Shown in pieces: positions 59,218 to 64,000 of a stretch of DNA of 64,000 nucleotides. Below the pieces are notes generated by a model. That model saw only the letters and a list, made by a program, of their open reading frames with translations. It did no database searches and was not told where the DNA came from. Position numbers and translations under genes: made by a program. Source of the DNA: Nanobdellota archaeon (GTDB taxonomy: Archaea; Nanobdellota; Nanobdellia; Pacearchaeales; GW2011-AR1). The DNA lies in contig JAHIWS010000021.1 of the NCBI GenBank assembly GCA_018815925.1, forward strand, positions 25,641 through 89,640, read 5' to 3'. Numbering within the stretch: the first letter of the stretch is position 1; every line of letters starts with the position of its first letter.

Positions 59218-60147
59218 ATGAGTAAAAACAATATGAAAAGAGGTCATTTAGTATTAGGGATATTATTATTAATGATAATCATACCTTTTACAAATGCAGG
59301 ATTCTGGGATATTTTTAAAAAATCAGAACCTCAATTAGAACCTCAAGATGTTAGTGTTACTGTTGGAAATTCACCTCCTTCAGTCATAATAAACTACATA
59401 GATTCTGACCAAGATAATAGTGTCACACTAACCCAGGCAGGAATTGTTGCTGTAGAAATAAATTTTAATGTAACAGATTTTAATGGTTATTCTGATATTG
59501 ATGATTCTTCTCTAGCAATAAGTTTTGATCTTGATTTAGGAGGAGAACAAAGAACAGGAGCAATAGGTGATTGTACTAGTATAACAAACGATGGAGCTAA
59601 TACAAAAGAATATATTTGTGGGATTAATATGTATCATTATGATCATGATGGAGCATGGACAGCAACAGTAAATATTGATGATCAAACACCTGAAATAGGC
59701 CAAGACAATCACTCATTTATAGTAGAACAATTAAAAGCAATAAGCCTAATACCTTTAGGAATTAGTTTTGGAACTGTAACAGCAGGACAACCCAATATTA
59801 TTGGAGAAGATACAGAAGTCACAAATGAAGGAAATTATGCTATTAGTGCTGATCTGGCAATTACAGCTCAAAACTTAACAGGAGATACAACTCCTTCTGA
59901 ATATATCCCTGCAATTAATTTTAACTCAGCAGACCAATCAGAAGCAGATGTTTGTGGAAGTGGAAGTGCTCTTATTGAAGACAATCCTATTTCAATACCT
60001 AATTTTGTGCTTTCAAAAGGAACAATAGCAACCCCCCTCCCAAACAGAAATGTCACTCACTGCTTAACCCTTGTTCCAACAGGAATAAGTGATCAAATAT
60101 ATTCAGCAACAACAATAAAAACAATACAATGGGAATTTTTAATTTAA
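59218..60147 (+). CDS. Secreted protein, paralog of the membrane-proximal ectodomain of the 1,452-aa protein
   Basis: Signal peptide; VTDFNGYSDIDDSSLAISFDLDLGGE vs VTDPNGYTDIDDSSVSISYDYDLGGE. Confidence 0.8.
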   Translation: MSKNNMKRGHLVLGILLLMIIIPFTNAGFWDIFKKSEPQLEPQDVSVTVGNSPPSVIINYIDSDQDNSVTLTQAGIVAVEINFNVTDFNGYSDIDDSSLAISFDLDLGGEQRTGAIGDCTSITNDGANTKEYICGINMYHYDHDGAWTATVNIDDQTPEIGQDNHSFIVEQLKAISLIPLGISFGTVTAGQPNIIGEDTEVTNEGNYAISADLAITAQNLTGDTTPSEYIPAINFNSADQSEADVCGSGSALIEDNPISIPNFVLSKGTIATPLPNRNVTHCLTLVPTGISDQIYSATTIKTIQWEFLI

Positions 60148-60677
60148 AAATAACAATATTAATAACAATAATTTTACTAGTCGGAACAGGAAGTGTTATT
60201 GCATTTGGAGTTAGTTCTCCATACTGGGATAAAAATCCTCTAGAAATGTACCCTGGACAAGTTAAAGAAATTGAATTCACACTTGTAAATAAACCAAATG
60301 CAGAAACAGCAAATGCTGTTGTTGAATTAAAACAAGGAGAACAAATAGCTGAAATAAGTAGTGGAAAAAACTATGTTGTGGCTCCTGGAAGCAAAGACAC
60401 AAAAGTAATTTTAAAGATAAGTGTTCCTGAAACTGCTCAAATAGGACATGTTTTTGATGTTAAATTTACAGTTAAAGCAGCTCCTGAGAATCAAGGAGGA
60501 ACAGTACAACTAGGAATAGGTTATAATGTAGATTTCCCTGTTAAAATAGTTGAAGAATATGAAGAAGAAATCATAACTCCTGAAGAACCAAAATCAAAAA
60601 TAAGTTGGTTAACCTGGTTAATTGCGATAGTGATTGTTCTTGTAATAGCTTATTTATTTCTAAGAAGAAAAAGATAA
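60129..60677 (+). CDS. Surface protein with C-terminal membrane anchor
   Basis: Signal peptide, beta-sandwich-like body, TM plus RRKR. Confidence 0.75.
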   Translation: MGIFNLKITILITIILLVGTGSVIAFGVSSPYWDKNPLEMYPGQVKEIEFTLVNKPNAETANAVVELKQGEQIAEISSGKNYVVAPGSKDTKVILKISVPETAQIGHVFDVKFTVKAAPENQGGTVQLGIGYNVDFPVKIVEEYEEEIITPEEPKSKISWLTWLIAIVIVLVIAYLFLRRKR

Positions 60678-60707
60678 TTTTAAATAAAAAGAATATTAAA
60701 GGTATTT

Positions 60708-62009
60708 ATGAAAAGAGGAATAATTATTTTATTTTTATTAATAATATTAACTAATTTTAGTCTAGCAAATCAAGCATCTCTAAGCCCAAGTGATGTTTCT
60801 GTTGTGGTGGATAGTCATGCACCAAGTATTGAAATACTTAGTCCATTAAATCAAAGCTATGCTCTAACTATATTAGTTAACTACACTGTTATTGATCCTA
60901 CACTTGATTCAACCTGGTATTCTCTAGATAATCAACCAAATCTAACAATCTTTGGACCTTTTGAATTAACTCTAACAGAAGGAGGCCACCACCTAATAAT
61001 TTATGCAAATGATAGTTTTTCCAGGATAAATTTCTCAGAAGTTTCTTTTAATATAAATTCTTCATTAGGACCTTATTGTGGGAATAATAATTGTGATACT
61101 AATGAAAACTGCTCAAACTGTCCTTCTGACTGTGGAGAATGTTCTTATTGTGGAGACGGCAATTGTGATTCAGATGAAACATGTTCAACATGTGAAGATG
61201 ATTGCGGAGAGTGTTCCCCTGATGATGAAGAAAAACCACCACAAGATAATGAAATAATTATATTAACAAGAGATTTTACTCTTTCTCCATCTACATTAAA
61301 AATTACTTCAACTCCAGGCCAAACTCAAACACAAAAAATAACAGTAGAAAACATAGGAGAAACAAGTCTAAACATTAATTTTGAAATATCCCCTACCATA
61401 ATACTTTTTTCAAAACTTAATCAAGAAAATTTATTCTTGGGCCCAGGAGAAAAAAAAGATATAGGAATAATCTTTGATATTCCTGAAAAAACAACTCCAA
61501 ATGTTTATACAGGAAATATTTTAGCAAAATCAGGAAATCTTTACAAAGCCCTATATCTAAGTATAGAAATAGAAAGTTCAGAACCTCTTTTCGATGTTTT
61601 AGTAACAATTCCATCTGAATATTTAACTGTTTATCCAGGAGATATAATTCCTGCAGAAATAGAAATCATTGATGTTGGAAACGTTGGAATAGTAAAAACT
61701 TCAATTGAAAAAATAATTAAAGATTTTGAAGATAAAATTATCCTTGAAAAAAAACAAAACCTCTCAATCAATGGGAAAATAAATTTTACTGAAATTTTAA
61801 ACATACCTAAAAATATCCTTCCAGGAAAATATGTTTTTTATGTAACAGTAAATTATGAAAATAAAACAGCAATCAGTAGTCAAGAATTTGAAGTAAAAAC
61901 AAATTATCCTTTAAGAATTTTAATTATATCTATTATAATGGGAATAATAATCATCTTATTAATTATTATTTATCTAATTAAAAAGAGAAAAAAACCTAAG
62001 AAAAAATGA
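60708..62009 (+). CDS. Surface protein with Cys-rich CG(N/D)xxC repeats and C-terminal anchor
   Basis: Signal peptide; CGNNNCDTNENCSNCPSDC / CGDGNCDSDETCSTCEDDC; Ig-like segments; TM plus basic tail. Confidence 0.8.
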   Translation: MKRGIIILFLLIILTNFSLANQASLSPSDVSVVVDSHAPSIEILSPLNQSYALTILVNYTVIDPTLDSTWYSLDNQPNLTIFGPFELTLTEGGHHLIIYANDSFSRINFSEVSFNINSSLGPYCGNNNCDTNENCSNCPSDCGECSYCGDGNCDSDETCSTCEDDCGECSPDDEEKPPQDNEIIILTRDFTLSPSTLKITSTPGQTQTQKITVENIGETSLNINFEISPTIILFSKLNQENLFLGPGEKKDIGIIFDIPEKTTPNVYTGNILAKSGNLYKALYLSIEIESSEPLFDVLVTIPSEYLTVYPGDIIPAEIEIIDVGNVGIVKTSIEKIIKDFEDKIILEKKQNLSINGKINFTEILNIPKNILPGKYVFYVTVNYENKTAISSQEFEVKTNYPLRILIISIIMGIIIILLIIIYLIKKRKKPKKK

Positions 62010-62020
62010 TCTGTATCTAA

Positions 62021-62296
62021 CTAATCTTCTCTATAAACTACAGCAATAACCTTATCATCTCCAAAATGATGTTCTCTATTATACACAACACTATTAAATT
62101 CTACCTTAAAAGGACGACAAAGTAATAAATTTTTCTGATCATCACTTAAATTAATCTCAGAACCATCTCCTTTCTTACAAAAAACAATATTTCCTTCTTT
62201 AATTATGCACTCAATTGTGTTTTTATTCCTATCATGACCACATTTACAAGAAGGCCACTCTCCTTGGAGATAAGTAAAATTAGATTCATCTTTCAT
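62021..62296 (-). CDS. Hypothetical protein
   Basis: 91-aa ORF. Confidence 0.5.
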   Translation of the reverse strand: MKDESNFTYLQGEWPSCKCGHDRNKNTIECIIKEGNIVFCKKGDGSEINLSDDQKNLLLCRPFKVEFNSVVYNREHHFGDDKVIAVVYRED

Positions 62297-62346
62297 AAAA
62301 AATAAATTAATCAGGTCTTTTTAAAGTTAATTACACTAAAGAATAA

Positions 62347-63408
62347 TTAACACTGAGCAACAGTATCTGTTCCTGTGTTATATCCAAATCCTGCTGAAGG
62401 AGAACTAGAACTTAATGATTCACTACATTCTGAAGGAGCAATATTAAATGCTGCACAAATACCCACTAAATAACTTGCAGGACTTCTTCCTGCACTTGAT
62501 TGAACACCATTAATAATCAAAGTAGGACTTCCGCTAACACCATATCCTTCACTTAATGCAGAATCAACAGCAAAATAATCTTCTGCCTTATTATTCAAAC
62601 ATGTCTGCAACTTAGCACTATTAATACCAGCTTCTTTCTCACAAGCACTAACATCTCCTGGTTCTTGAGGATTATCAGAATCTAAAATACAAACCATATA
62701 TTTGTTCAACTTATCTTGTCCTTCTTCTTCTCTTATACACAACTCTCTCTTATTTTCAAGATCTTCCTTATCTCCATGAAGAATATAATGGACAAACCTC
62801 AAATTAAAATCAATTTTATCTCCTAATAAAGCAACAACAGGCAATAATCCTTTTTCTGCCTGAGTTCCATATGGACAATAACTCATTACAAATAATTCTA
62901 CTTCTGGTTTATCTGTTTTTGGAACTTCTGTAGGTGTTTGCTGAGTTGGAGTATTTTGAGCATCTTGTAAAACAGATAAAGGTGTTAAACCCCCAACAAG
63001 ATTTTCTCCATCTTTAGTCAAATAAACAGGAACTTCTGTTCCTTGCATAAAAAGAACAACCTCATATAAACCACTTTTCTCATTAACTTCAATCAATTCT
63101 ACATTACCAACTTGAGCATTTGCTAATTCAAGCACAGTATTTCCAGCAGCCTCTGAAGAAATAACTCCTCCTGAAACAACACCTCCAGTAAGCCCTCCTG
63201 AAAAATTTCCAACTAATAATATTAAAACAATAATTCCTAAAACAAGTGTTGAAATAATCCAAGGATTAGCCCTCATCTTTTCTGTAAGAGTCCCTTGTTC
63301 TCCTACAGGTTTAATAGGTTTAACATTTTCTTTCATCTCAGGTTTAACCTTACTCTCTCCAGGAACTTCTTTTTTTTCTTCCTCAACCTTTCCATCTTTT
63401 TCATCCAT
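62347..63408 (-). CDS. Membrane-anchored thioredoxin-fold (DsbA-like) protein
   Basis: TM; VELFVMSYCPYG, GVSGSPTLIING. Confidence 0.8.
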   Translation of the reverse strand: MDEKDGKVEEEKKEVPGESKVKPEMKENVKPIKPVGEQGTLTEKMRANPWIISTLVLGIIVLILLVGNFSGGLTGGVVSGGVISSEAAGNTVLELANAQVGNVELIEVNEKSGLYEVVLFMQGTEVPVYLTKDGENLVGGLTPLSVLQDAQNTPTQQTPTEVPKTDKPEVELFVMSYCPYGTQAEKGLLPVVALLGDKIDFNLRFVHYILHGDKEDLENKRELCIREEEGQDKLNKYMVCILDSDNPQEPGDVSACEKEAGINSAKLQTCLNNKAEDYFAVDSALSEGYGVSGSPTLIINGVQSSAGRSPASYLVGICAAFNIAPSECSESLSSSSPSAGFGYNTGTDTVAQC

Positions 63409-63569
63409 CTAAATTCTATGAAAAAAGCCTTTAAAAATATTTCGTAATTACAATTAAAATGTTTTTAGCCAAAAATTTCTAAAAAAAAGTTTTGTGATAC
63501 TATAATACTCTAAAAATACTATAGTAAGTTCAACAATAATTATAAAAATACAAATCAAGTCATTTAATT

Positions 63570-64000
63570 ATGACCCAAGATATAATTATAGGTAGAAATG
63601 AAGCAGACAAAATTGCTTTTGGAAATAAAGGACTTGTTTTTCTTGGAAAGAGTTATGTAAAAATGGGCCAGTATACCTCGCTTAGTAATAAAATTTTAAT
63701 GGACATAGCAAGAAGTCATGTCGTGTTAGTTGCTGGAAAGAGAGGAAGTGGAAAATCTTACACCTTGGGAGTCATAGCAGAAGAACTTTCTAGTCTTCCT
63801 ACGGAAGCAAAAAATAATATTGCTTCACTAATATTTGATACAATGGGTATTTATTGGACAACGAAATTCTCAAATGAAAAAGATAAAGAATTATTAAGAG
63901 ATTGGGAACTTGATTCAAAAAATCTTCCTATAAAAATTTTTGTTCCTTACGGACACTATGATTCTTATATGTATAAAGGAATTAATGCTGATGAAAAATT
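63570..64000 (+). CDS. HerA/FtsK-like (DUF87) ATPase, 3' truncated by window edge
   Basis: MTQDIIIGR...SHVVLVAGKRGSGKSYTLGVIAEE...IFDTMGIYWT. Confidence 0.85.
   Translation, partial: MTQDIIIGRNEADKIAFGNKGLVFLGKSYVKMGQYTSLSNKILMDIARSHVVLVAGKRGSGKSYTLGVIAEELSSLPTEAKNNIASLIFDTMGIYWTTKFSNEKDKELLRDWELDSKNLPIKIFVPYGHYDSYMYKGINADEK

Noticed and set aside
1..64000. CRISPR array, rRNA, integrase or provirus
   Set aside because: No regularly spaced repeats, rRNA-like GC-rich tract, tyrosine recombinase or virion genes seen by eye.

Overview
Very AT-rich archaeal DNA, most likely from a DPANN lineage (Pacearchaeota/Woesearchaeota-like). This rests on the archaeal RFC, PheRS, Rpp30, Nop5/fibrillarin, class III signal-peptide pilins, BHB tRNA introns and many apparently leaderless genes behind TATA boxes. 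Housekeeping content: ahcY (partial), thrS, trpS, pheS/pheT, pyrH, ppsA, acs, nth, rfcS/rfcL, htpX, lemA, three tRNAs, plus a ferredoxin and an aL41/eS32 ribosomal protein that the ORF track missed. There is a type IV pilus locus at about 4.4-16.8 kb. Most notable: (1) a 3,672-bp transposon with 16-bp TIRs and a 9-bp target duplication carrying a complete type II restriction-modification system and a Zn-ribbon gene; (2) a canonical kink-turn C/D-box RNA between shortened nop5 and fibrillarin genes; (3) a 1,452-aa membrane-spanning protein with a large extracellular region and twin C-terminal HTHs, preceded by a palindromic operator and a switch-like leader; (4) a two-hairpin leader on thrS; (5) a 138-nt structured tRNA-Glu intron; (6) a receptor-like pseudo-nucleotide cyclase. 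All family calls come from motif recognition by eye, with no database search.
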